Both the position numbers and the translations under genes were made by a program. From the IMG/VR virus record IMGVR_UViG_3300033144_005510: a DNA stretch of 64,000 bases, one strand, 5' to 3'. This document shows, one piece after another, positions 20,236 through 28,847 of the stretch. Origin of the DNA: a virus. Lineage: Duplodnaviria > Heunggongvirae > Uroviricota > Caudoviricetes. The notes under the pieces were generated by a model. It was not told where the DNA came from. It was given only the letters and a program-made list of their open reading frames with translations, and made no database searches. Every line of letters starts with the position of its first letter. Position 1 is the stretch's first letter.

Positions 20236-20650
20236 TTTTTCTTCTCGCCTTTATTGTGTAATGTAAACTATCTACTTTATAACTAATTACTGTCATATTA
20301 TCATTTTTTTCAATATAATTAACAACACTAATCACACTGTCGGCTGAAAGTTTACCATTAAATAAAACATTGTTCAATGTTTCTATGCTTCGAATGCCAG
20401 ATTGTAACGCATGGCTAATTGCAAATATATCTGCTCCATCTATTATTAGATCTCCGCCCTGTCTTAATTTTAAGATTGCGATATCTATTAGACTTGTTCT
20501 CTCATTCAAGGGTATAAAATCCAAGCAGTCTGACAAATAAACAGAAACACAGCTAGAGTTTTGTATATCAGAAAGTTCATTTAATTTAACTGGAACTTCA
20601 TTTGACTGGGGTTTAATTTGTGAATTTGGATGTTGTACGCAAATTTTCAT
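20222..20650 (-). CDS. hypothetical protein, weak SAM-methyltransferase-like segment
   Basis: LKLRQGGDLIIDG resembles the post-I motif of class I MTases. No clear GxGxG. Confidence 0.25.
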   Translation of the reverse strand: MKICVQHPNSQIKPQSNEVPVKLNELSDIQNSSCVSVYLSDCLDFIPLNERTSLIDIAILKLRQGGDLIIDGADIFAISHALQSGIRSIETLNNVLFNGKLSADSVISVVNYIEKNDNMTVISYKVDSLHYTIKARRKNANR

Positions 20651-21702
20651 CGAATATACACCTTGTTAATAACGTTACTTATAAAGGTAATCCATTTTTG
20701 TTGGAAATCTACCATATTATAATTCGACCTCATATTTTGTTTTGCATTATCAGATAAAAAATTAATTAATTCTGAATTAAACATTAGGCCAAAAACCTGT
20801 TCTTGTAATTGGTCTAGGCTTTTAAACAATAATGCATCATGATTATGATTAAAAATAAGGCTAGACCAAACGCAGTCATTTGTTATTATAGCACATCCAT
20901 TAGCAGCTGCCAACATAGGAATAATAGGAGCGTGAGATGCTTCGCTATTAATCGCAATGCATATTTTATTATTATTCATAACCTTTAATAAATCTCTAAA
21001 CGTTGGGCAGAATGTAGGAGTGTTATTTGGATTTACTTCGATGGACAGTGGAGTCGTTGTATAAATATTTAGATTTGGGATTTTTTGATTTACTTTATTT
21101 ATAAAATCTACAGTTTCAGGATTAAGAACATCGCAAATCAGCGCAATGTTTTCTCTTTCGTCAAAATTATTTTGGTTGTTTAAAAACGGTATACCATAAG
21201 GTATGGTTACAGCACGGGGATGGTTTTCTAATCCCCAACGTGATTTTATTACATCATGACCAAAAACAGAATAAACATTTTCATCTTTAATGCAAGTGCT
21301 ATTTATTTTGTCTTCAATCATGTGCGTGTTAATAAGATCCACATCTGCATGAACATTTACAATTAATGGAACATGCCAACCAGTTGAAATCATACTGGAG
21401 TTAGTATTATTTTGTTCCGTTAATATATCATTACAAATAATGCAATCAACATCAACTCTATCTGGAAAACTAGTGGCATAATTTTCTGTACGACCCAATG
21501 CTTCATTAGGCAATTCGTTATAATTGTTAGGAATTGCAATATTAAAAGGGTACTTTTTGAAAAAACTAACAAAATGGTTAATTACAGGAATTGTTCCAAA
21601 TATATTTTCAAACAGGCCATCGAAGGGATAATAAATTGTATTAACCTCTTGGCCAGTTTTTCTTAAAGCGGAATGCATCACCTGATCTACATAATTTTTC
21701 AT
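20647..21702 (-). CDS. putative glycosyltransferase (GT-B-like C-terminal domain)
   Basis: EASHAPIIPMLAAANGCAII resembles the E-x7-E donor-binding motif region. Confidence 0.4.
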   Translation of the reverse strand: MKNYVDQVMHSALRKTGQEVNTIYYPFDGLFENIFGTIPVINHFVSFFKKYPFNIAIPNNYNELPNEALGRTENYATSFPDRVDVDCIICNDILTEQNNTNSSMISTGWHVPLIVNVHADVDLINTHMIEDKINSTCIKDENVYSVFGHDVIKSRWGLENHPRAVTIPYGIPFLNNQNNFDERENIALICDVLNPETVDFINKVNQKIPNLNIYTTTPLSIEVNPNNTPTFCPTFRDLLKVMNNNKICIAINSEASHAPIIPMLAAANGCAIITNDCVWSSLIFNHNHDALLFKSLDQLQEQVFGLMFNSELINFLSDNAKQNMRSNYNMVDFQQKWITFISNVINKVYIR

Positions 21703-22859
21703 AATACTTCCAACATTTCTTTGGCTACGTTTTCGTATGAATAAAGAGGTAAAATATTTTCACGAGAATGTTTTTTTATTTCTTCTGATTCGTCCTTATC
21801 TTTATTTTCTTCATATGCTTCTCTCATTTTTTCTTTTAAATCACAGACGCTTATTTGGTGCCAGTAATTTCTATTATTATAAAAATTATGGAGAGGTACA
21901 TATTCTTCTGGAGAAATCATTGGGGTTTTATAGCTTTTAATTGGTTTAGAATTATGTTCATTTAAAAATTGTGATGATCCAGCATTCTCATTGGCTATAA
22001 CTTTTGATCCGTGCATAATAGCGTCAAAAGCTGGAATACAAAAACCCTCTCCCCTAGATGGAACAACAAGACAATCCAAAACTGAATGTAGTTCGTAAAG
22101 TTTTTTTTGAGGCATGTGTTCAGGTATTATTAATTCTTTTTTATAAGGCATATTCTGGTAGTAATACATCTTTATTTCTTTTTTTATATTAGCTATTTTT
22201 TCTTTAATTATACTTAAGGTTTGTTGTTCTGATTTACCAAAATGATGTGTTTTTATAACTAAAGAAACATTCTCACTTGGATTAAATTCTCCATGGAATG
22301 CTTTGATTAAATCGTCTAGATTTTTTCTCCAAATAGATTCTCCAATAAAATAAAAATTATAAGTGCTTTCTAAAACCTTGAACTGTTCTCCAAATTCTAT
22401 ATTTGTTTTGTGGCCATATTTTTCAATATTACAAGGCAGCTTAATTACAGATATAGATTGTTTAATATCACTTTCTTCTAGCATTCTTTTTTCAAATTCT
22501 GTCGATACCCATATCTCATCCATTAAGCTAAGGGGATAATATAATTCGGTGTGCTTAATTGTATTTTCCAAATGAAGTAGTGATATATTTTTAACACCTC
22601 CATAATGCTTAGTCATATGAGGAAGACAGTGTTGAATGATTATATCATAACTATCATAGCTTTTATTTTCCAAACCTGAAAATTCTTTAGAATCTTCAAA
22701 AGAAGAGATGTCGTCATTATAAAACATATCCCTGTTTGTATATAATGGTCTAGCAGCTATATTATAACCAGTTAGCTTTAAAGCCCTAAGATATTCCTTA
22801 GAAGCATTGCCCCAACCGTCTTTTTGTCTATAAGGACCGCAAAAAAGTATATTTTTCAT
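21699..22859 (-). CDS. glycosyltransferase, GT4-like
   Basis: VPSRGEGFCIPAFDAIMHGSKVI is an E-x7-E-type motif of retaining GT-B enzymes. Confidence 0.55.
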   Translation of the reverse strand: MKNILFCGPYRQKDGWGNASKEYLRALKLTGYNIAARPLYTNRDMFYNDDISSFEDSKEFSGLENKSYDSYDIIIQHCLPHMTKHYGGVKNISLLHLENTIKHTELYYPLSLMDEIWVSTEFEKRMLEESDIKQSISVIKLPCNIEKYGHKTNIEFGEQFKVLESTYNFYFIGESIWRKNLDDLIKAFHGEFNPSENVSLVIKTHHFGKSEQQTLSIIKEKIANIKKEIKMYYYQNMPYKKELIIPEHMPQKKLYELHSVLDCLVVPSRGEGFCIPAFDAIMHGSKVIANENAGSSQFLNEHNSKPIKSYKTPMISPEEYVPLHNFYNNRNYWHQISVCDLKEKMREAYEENKDKDESEEIKKHSRENILPLYSYENVAKEMLEVL

Positions 22860-24616
22860 TAATTATTAACTTTCTGTACATGATCATATAACTTATTAGC
22901 ATAATCTATGTAATCTTGCTGTAACAATGAATTTGGATTTACTCTTCCTGATTCACAATCAATAGAGTTTCTATGTATGGCTGTGCATAGATCAATAAAC
23001 ATTTGCCTTGAAAAGGCAGATCTGTCGGTGATGCGATGTCGATACATAATTCGTAAAGTCATTATTTTTTCAAAATATGTATTTAAAAGCTCTGGCTTTT
23101 GCGCAATATTTACAATAACCCATTTGCAAAACTCAGAATCGGATAAATTATCAGGAACAGTTTCTGGAATTTTTGAAAAAGTTTTTGGAGGAGTCTCTTC
23201 CCATTTTCCTTGAAGGCCAGTTAATTCCGCATTATCAATATAATCTTCCCATACTTTAGCTGTATTATCCCAATTCCAATGTTTTTCAGTTGCTATTCTA
23301 GAAGATATACCCAGATGCCTTTTTGCAGACTGTGGAAGTAATGCAAAGTCATAAAGATTTTTTCCGAAAACTTCATTATCAGGAATCAATCTTTTTGCAT
23401 GAGTCCCGTTGTCCCAAAACATTGTTTTAATAGGTATTTCAATTCCTTTGGAATAATTTAAAATATCTTCCATAGCAGAATAATTAGGAGTCATAACTGG
23501 AATTCCACAGGCAGCAGCTTCTACTTGAGGCATTCCAAATCCTTCGCAAACAGAATATTGAATATACGCATCATACGTATTTATAATACGTGCTAGATTA
23601 GCATCACTTGTTGCCATGCTTGTAGAAGGAAAACTACACATAGATCCGCACTTACATATGGGGAAATTACTAAAAAGCCCCATTGTCGGATTCTTACATT
23701 TTGAACAAACCTGTGTCATCAACACATTATTACTAATACCCATATCTCTAATAAATTGTGGTATGTCCCAACCTGAGTCGGGATAACCACAATGAATATG
23801 TAAATAACTTCTTTTTGCTATTTCTGCGTTACCGTTTTCGTAACACAGGTCTAGGTATTTTTTAAATGCTTCGAAAAGATCTGGATAGAGTTTTCTCATT
23901 TGGTTACGCATAATAGTACCAAAAATGATCATTTCTTTATCAAGACCAAAGTGTTCCCTACATTTGTCCTTCTGTAAAGGCTTAAACTGATTAATATCAA
24001 CGCCTGGAGGAGCTGAAGAAAAAACTTTAATTTTTTCAGACTGTTCTTCAAGAACTCTTTTTCCATATTCAGTATAGACTAAGATTCCATCAGCTGATTC
24101 AAAATCATATATAAACTCTGGTTTTTGTGGTGCAGAATCAACAGTTGGCATTAATACAAGATGAAAAAAATCACGCAGTTGAGAATTTACCACGGCTTTT
24201 ATCATCCAGGGATCTCTTACATCAATAACAAAATCTGGCTTAAAGTCTAAACAAACACGTTCAAATCTCCATCTGCCAAAAGGGGCATCTGCTGTAGTAT
24301 CATATATATCTTTTTGCTTTTTTTGCTCCTCCAGTTTTTTCTGTTCTGCTGTAGTTAGTCTGTTATTAGGCGCTGCTAATTGCGACTTTTTTATCATGGA
24401 GGTATCGGGCATATTTCCATAATATTTCCATTTTAATTCATTTACTGGAAGTCTTGCGTCAGCCATTTCTCCATAACAACCTAGTTCTGCTAACTCATAT
24501 TTTCCAGTAGCAGCTAGTCTTTTAAGAATTTCTTTTCCATATTTAGCAAATCCAGTATATAGAAAATGGGCCTCATTTACTATGAGTATTCTCTTTTTTC
24601 TTTTTTTCATTTCCAT
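22859..24616 (-). CDS. glycosyltransferase, GT4-like, 585 aa
   Basis: YSVCEGFGMPQVEAAACGIPVMT is an E-x7-E motif. Confidence 0.5.
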   Translation of the reverse strand: MEMKKRKKRILIVNEAHFLYTGFAKYGKEILKRLAATGKYELAELGCYGEMADARLPVNELKWKYYGNMPDTSMIKKSQLAAPNNRLTTAEQKKLEEQKKQKDIYDTTADAPFGRWRFERVCLDFKPDFVIDVRDPWMIKAVVNSQLRDFFHLVLMPTVDSAPQKPEFIYDFESADGILVYTEYGKRVLEEQSEKIKVFSSAPPGVDINQFKPLQKDKCREHFGLDKEMIIFGTIMRNQMRKLYPDLFEAFKKYLDLCYENGNAEIAKRSYLHIHCGYPDSGWDIPQFIRDMGISNNVLMTQVCSKCKNPTMGLFSNFPICKCGSMCSFPSTSMATSDANLARIINTYDAYIQYSVCEGFGMPQVEAAACGIPVMTPNYSAMEDILNYSKGIEIPIKTMFWDNGTHAKRLIPDNEVFGKNLYDFALLPQSAKRHLGISSRIATEKHWNWDNTAKVWEDYIDNAELTGLQGKWEETPPKTFSKIPETVPDNLSDSEFCKWVIVNIAQKPELLNTYFEKIMTLRIMYRHRITDRSAFSRQMFIDLCTAIHRNSIDCESGRVNPNSLLQQDYIDYANKLYDHVQKVNN

Positions 24617-25088
24617 TTTTAATCTTGCTTATAGCCGTTTTAAATGTGTTGTTAGCCCAACCTCTAGAATACCCAAGTTCTTTTCCTATTTCAAAAAACG
24701 TATGCCCCTGCAATCTTAAGTTAATAACAGATTTTTCGTTGTATGTTAACTGTTCAGGTAAATATTCCCAAAAATAAGAATCTATAATTAGATTATCCTC
24801 TAAATACAAATTTTCGTCCATTTGTATTTCTTTTTTATTATTTTTTTTAAGATGCCTTAAAATTTCCCACCGCACATAAAGCCAAATTAAAGTAGAAAGT
24901 TTAGCACGAGACGGATCGTATTTTTTAATAGCTTTCCACATACCAATACGCCCCAGTTGAACAAACTCATCCAACTGTTCTTCATTCTGTGGATTAAAAG
25001 ATTTTGCAACTAAAACAACTAGCCCCATATTATTTTCCATGATGGAGTCTAGTTGTTCTGTTGCAGCATTAGTTAGATCACCACCCAT
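24573..25088 (-). CDS. sigma-70-family (ECF-like) RNA polymerase sigma factor
   Basis: Region-2-like LGRIGMWKAIKKYDP...STLIWLYVRWEI and region-4 HTH SVINLRLQGHTFFEIGKELGYSRGWANNTFKTAISK. Confidence 0.6.
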   Translation of the reverse strand: MGGDLTNAATEQLDSIMENNMGLVVLVAKSFNPQNEEQLDEFVQLGRIGMWKAIKKYDPSRAKLSTLIWLYVRWEILRHLKKNNKKEIQMDENLYLEDNLIIDSYFWEYLPEQLTYNEKSVINLRLQGHTFFEIGKELGYSRGWANNTFKTAISKIKNGNEKKKKENTHSK

Positions 25089-25519
25089 TAAAATGGGATG
25101 TCTTCTCCAGCAGCCCCTGAATCCGCCGTAACTGGCGCTGCCTGTGTTGATTTTTGATCACGAAAATTAGATTCGGAATCTTCAGATTCGGGAGCACGAT
25201 AAAGTCGCTCAAAGTTATTTACTCTAACTTTCAACTTAGAACGCTTCTGTCCATCAGTCTCCCAAGTGTCGAGCTTCAATGCTCCTTGCACTAAAATAGG
25301 ATCTCCGCGATGGAAATATTGCCCTAGAGTATTAGCGCCCGTATCCCATGCTTCACAATCTACATAAGTAGTTTCCTTATCGCGAGTTCCATCAGCACGC
25401 TTAAAATGACGATTTACCGCAATCGTAAAATTAGCGACTTGCGTTTCTCGTCCACCAGCATTGATTTGCCGAACTTCAGGATCGCGGGTGAGATTGCCTT
25501 TTAGAACTACAATGTTCAT
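25088..25519 (-). CDS. ssb: single-stranded DNA-binding protein (bacterial type, C-terminal DIPF tail)
   Basis: OB-fold SSB pattern (KGNLTRDPEVR..., FTIAVNR) and acidic C-terminus ending GEDIPF. Confidence 0.85.
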   Translation of the reverse strand: MNIVVLKGNLTRDPEVRQINAGGRETQVANFTIAVNRHFKRADGTRDKETTYVDCEAWDTGANTLGQYFHRGDPILVQGALKLDTWETDGQKRSKLKVRVNNFERLYRAPESEDSESNFRDQKSTQAAPVTADSGAAGEDIPF

Positions 25520-25557
25520 ACCTTTTCCTCCAAAATAAAAAACAAAAATTAAAAAAT

Positions 25558-25629
25558 AAAAAATGACGGTTTTGTCTTCTCTTCCATCTTAGATAAGAAC
25601 CGTCTGAAACTTACTTTTTTTGATAGAAG
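25558..25629 (-). repeat. conserved structured leader element, copy A (more diverged)
   Basis: Shares AAAAATGACGGTTTTG ... CCATCT..AGAACCGTC ... ACT.AC ... GATAGAAG with copies B-E. On the minus strand it is box + hairpin + U-run, 37 nt upstream of the ssb start. Confidence 0.6.
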
Positions 25630-25640
25630 TAGTTTATCAT

Positions 25641-25668
25641 AATATACTCTAAAAACTGAATATGTCAA
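25641..25668 (-). promoter_or_regulatory. sigma-70-like promoter (TTGACA-16-TATATT) reading into element A and ssb
   Basis: Minus-strand TTGACA (plus 25663-25668) and TATATT (plus 25641-25646), 16-nt spacer. Confidence 0.4.
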
Positions 25669-27368
25669 GTCAATTGCCACATTTTTTTAACAATCAAACT
25701 ATCGCTATTTCTTGATCTATCTCCACTAACAAGAACAGTATTTTCCGCAACACAAATTCCTTTACTGCGAATTTCATCCCAGTCATTTGGAAATATTACG
25801 CAGTCCATAGAGCATTCGCCGTCACTAACAGTAACAAAAGCCATTTCCTGTTCATTGTTTCTAGTAATATGGGTTTTTATTTCGTCGATTTGACAAGCAA
25901 TAAAAATTCCGCTAGTTTTTTCCTTATGTTTCTGAAATTCTAAAATAGTGCAATTTGCTTGATCCGCATTTTTGCAACCATCTAGAATTGAAGCAGTAAT
26001 GGAAATTCCGAGTCTGGCTTCTTCTACCCTAGCAATCCAATCGGGAGCATCCCTTAAAGCATAAGGCGGATTTACAACTAAGCTTAAAATGTCTTTCATT
26101 TTCTGTATTCTGTTTTTATTAGCACACGGACCCTTTACTTTTTTATCAGGGTTATCATGTCGTTTTAATGATTCTTCCAATATTTGTTTTAGCGAACTGG
26201 CATTTTTTATATTCTGCTTAATCCACGCATGTTCTTTATTTGTTAATTTGGAATATTGTTCATAATCAAATAACATTTGCGTTCTTGCTGTTTTTAAATA
26301 GTCTAAAGCTCCTGCTTCAATCATACCAGCTACTACAGTGCTACCTACATCTTGCGAAAAATATACAAGAAAATCGGTCCATGACCAATCTTTGCGAGGG
26401 CGATTAATTGCTGTTTCTGCAAGATAAATTGCATTAGCAACTTTTACGACAGCGCTTTTCCCGATTCCTTTAATATTAGAAAGACCGAAATAAATTTTGT
26501 CATCATAAGGATTATATGTTGGTTGTCCTGGTACAGAATTCGAGATACGTTTAAAATGTTCATTGGCGTATCTAAAATCTGGGGGGTAGATATTAATACC
26601 CATGACTCTAGCATTAGCAACTAGTAATTTGATTTCATCAAACTTCTTCTGCTTATCTTTGGCATACCATAGATATGAAGTAAAGAATGATGCTGGAAAA
26701 TGTGCTTTTGCATAAGCAGATAAATAACCATTCATTGCATAAGATACTGAGTGGCTTTTATTAAAAGAATATCGTTGTGATTTTTCGATCTGATCCCACA
26801 GCTCTTGGGCTTCTTCTTTATTTAGAATTCCTTGTTTTTCACACCCTTCAAGAAACTCATTTTCAAGCTTGGCCATAATGTCGGCCTTTTTCTTACCAAT
26901 AGCTTTACGAAGTACATCAGCTTGTTGGAGATCAAAGCCAGCAATATCCTGGGCAATTCTCATTGCCTGCTCCTGGTAAATCATTTCACCAAAGGTTGGC
27001 GAAAGAATAGGTTCTAGAGCAGGATGTGAGATTGTAACTTCTTCTAGACCGTTTTTTCTATCCATGTAATGCTCGGCAATATTCTTACCGTCACGAATAG
27101 ATTGGATACATCCAGGTCTTAGGATTGCAGATAGAGCTGCAAGCTGCTCAATATTTTCTGGTTTGAGCTTTTTAGCGTATTGTTGGCCGAATCGTGTTTC
27201 TAGTTGGAATACGCCTTTGGTATTACCTTCACCAATTAAATCCCAAGTTCTTTGGCAATTAAGAGGAAGATCAAAATCCCACTTTAGCTTGACTGGCGGC
27301 CCTTCTTCCTCAACTTCAAATTTGCAGCCACACTCAAAATATGCATAACCATTCTTAATCTCGATCAT
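25665..27368 (-). CDS. dnaE: DNA polymerase III alpha subunit, C-terminal fragment (fingers / HhH region)
   Basis: KGVFQLETRFGQQYAKKLKPENIEQLAALSAILRPG matches the DnaE finger motif (GVFQLES...ALxRPGP). Confidence 0.8.
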   Translation of the reverse strand: MIEIKNGYAYFECGCKFEVEEEGPPVKLKWDFDLPLNCQRTWDLIGEGNTKGVFQLETRFGQQYAKKLKPENIEQLAALSAILRPGCIQSIRDGKNIAEHYMDRKNGLEEVTISHPALEPILSPTFGEMIYQEQAMRIAQDIAGFDLQQADVLRKAIGKKKADIMAKLENEFLEGCEKQGILNKEEAQELWDQIEKSQRYSFNKSHSVSYAMNGYLSAYAKAHFPASFFTSYLWYAKDKQKKFDEIKLLVANARVMGINIYPPDFRYANEHFKRISNSVPGQPTYNPYDDKIYFGLSNIKGIGKSAVVKVANAIYLAETAINRPRKDWSWTDFLVYFSQDVGSTVVAGMIEAGALDYLKTARTQMLFDYEQYSKLTNKEHAWIKQNIKNASSLKQILEESLKRHDNPDKKVKGPCANKNRIQKMKDILSLVVNPPYALRDAPDWIARVEEARLGISITASILDGCKNADQANCTILEFQKHKEKTSGIFIACQIDEIKTHITRNNEQEMAFVTVSDGECSMDCVIFPNDWDEIRSKGICVAENTVLVSGDRSRNSDSLIVKKMWQLT

Positions 27369-27442
27369 ATTACAAAAGTCCTACAACAAAAAATAACCAA
27401 ATAAAATAAAAGGTATACTTCTATTATACTCTATTTTTCAAA

Positions 27443-28159
27443 TTATGCCATAGCATTTTTGAATTTTACTTTAGAAGATGTTCGTCTATGCAATCTCAAG
27501 AATTTTTGGATTACCAGTGCTTCATCTCGAACATCGTTTAAAGCATCATGAGCGCCATGACCAGACATACCAAAGAATTTTCTCAATTCGTCCATACTGT
27601 ATGATTTAGGCTCTGGCAGATTTTCAAACCAGTAGAAAGCCATTTCCATAATATCAATACAATCTCTTGGATTAAAGATTTTTTGCTCTTCTTCTTTAGT
27701 AATATATCCGAACCGCTCGCAAAGCCGATCTGCAATCACGTTATCGAAGCGTCTAATATTAATGCCTGCTCGAATAGGTGCGGTAAATCGGCTTCTACGA
27801 GACTGGTTCTTATTATAAATTAAAAGGTAATTTGTGAAATCATCCCAGACTTGCTTTTGTTCAGGAGCATCCAACCATGTTTGGTAAATGCCTTGATCAG
27901 CTTTATCGCGATCTTCCTGAGTTAAGTCGTCATAATTCTCTGTGTAGTTCTTGGCGTGCCAACGAATGGTATCACAATGTTTTTCAAAATAATCTTTTTC
28001 ATCTATACCTTGAGGCCTCATCCAAGAACAAAATTCTGAATTGTCAACAATCTCTAAAGTAATTGGATTGATCATGCAAGCCGCAATTTGTACTGGCTCG
28101 CATTTTTTAGGATTACTTCCATCAGTTTCAAAATCGTATACACAAACAAAGTTCTTCAC
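27443..28159 (-). CDS. DEDDh 3'-5' exonuclease (DnaQ/epsilon-like). Likely GTG start at 28159, not the track's ATG at 28282.
   Basis: Exo I VCVYDFETDG and Exo III HGAHDALNDVRDEA. AAGGAA RBS 7 nt before GTG. The track's K-rich N-terminus comes from the antisense frame of a GAAGAAGCT repeat. Confidence 0.65.
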   Translation of the reverse strand: MKNFVCVYDFETDGSNPKKCEPVQIAACMINPITLEIVDNSEFCSWMRPQGIDEKDYFEKHCDTIRWHAKNYTENYDDLTQEDRDKADQGIYQTWLDAPEQKQVWDDFTNYLLIYNKNQSRRSRFTAPIRAGINIRRFDNVIADRLCERFGYITKEEEQKIFNPRDCIDIMEMAFYWFENLPEPKSYSMDELRKFFGMSGHGAHDALNDVRDEALVIQKFLRLHRRTSSKVKFKNAMA

Positions 28160-28178
28160 AATATATTCCTTATTAAAT

Positions 28179-28847
28179 TTATTCTTCTTCTTTTTCTTCC
28201 TCGGTTTCAGCTTCTTCAGCTTCTTCAGCTTCTTCAGCTTGGATTTTTCCAGCAACCATTTCTTTAATTTCTTCTTGCACATCCTTAAAAACGCCTAAAA
28301 AATATTCTTCATCTTTTTCTTCAGGTTCAAGTGTTTCTTCAGTAAGTATATTCACTGATGGTTCGTTTGGCAACATTTCACCAATGTGAGATTCAGAATC
28401 TCCTGATATTACTTTCGTACTCCAATCAAGTGACAATCTATCTTTAGGATCATTTGTATTTTGTGCTACTACAAACAACCCCTGTCTTTTTTTTGTTACT
28501 ACGTACTCAGATAATCCGTTGTTTTCGTAATAAAAAATGCCACCTAATTCAAGGTCGCCAGCAGATGTGTCGTAATTCATTATAATTTCTTTCTTTAATT
28601 TTAAAGGTTCGGATTCAGGTTCAGGCTCTGGATCTTCTTCTACCAAAATTACTTCAGTTGATTCATCCATCATAGTGAAATTTTGCTTTGTCGTAACCCA
28701 TGAGCAATTATATCCAGGTGAACAACAGCTTTTATTACGCTTTTTCAGCTTTGTAAAAACAGTATCCTCTTTAACATCGTTTAATATTAGATTTTTCCAG
28801 TCAACGACATAGAATTCGTCGTTTATATCAAGCTCTTGAAATTTCAT
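28179..28847 (-). CDS. hypothetical acidic protein (222 aa) with AEE-repeat C-terminus; carries the IKEMVAGKIQ motif shared with the giant virion protein
   Basis: ORF between the dnaE halves. C-terminal (AEE)n is encoded by the simple repeat at 28207-28240. Confidence 0.45.
   Translation of the reverse strand: MKFQELDINDEFYVVDWKNLILNDVKEDTVFTKLKKRNKSCCSPGYNCSWVTTKQNFTMMDESTEVILVEEDPEPEPESEPLKLKKEIIMNYDTSAGDLELGGIFYYENNGLSEYVVTKKRQGLFVVAQNTNDPKDRLSLDWSTKVISGDSESHIGEMLPNEPSVNILTEETLEPEEKDEEYFLGVFKDVQEEIKEMVAGKIQAEEAEEAEEAETEEEKEEE
28207..28240. repeat. simple sequence repeat (CTTCTTCAG)n
   Basis: cttcttcagcttcttcagcttcttcagc. Encodes (AEE)n in the minus frame of ORF 28179..28847 and a spurious K-rich N-terminus in another frame. 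Confidence 0.8.
28239..28268 (-). repeat. 30-nt exact repeat, copy 2 (inverted)
   Basis: Reverse complement of 5933-5962. Confidence 0.8.

Noticed and set aside
28207-28240. Possible CRISPR-like or regulatory repeat (CTTCTTCAG x 4).
   Set aside because: 9-nt unit, no spacers, in frame within a coding region encoding (AEE)n. Simple sequence repeat, not a CRISPR array. No CRISPR array was seen anywhere in the window.
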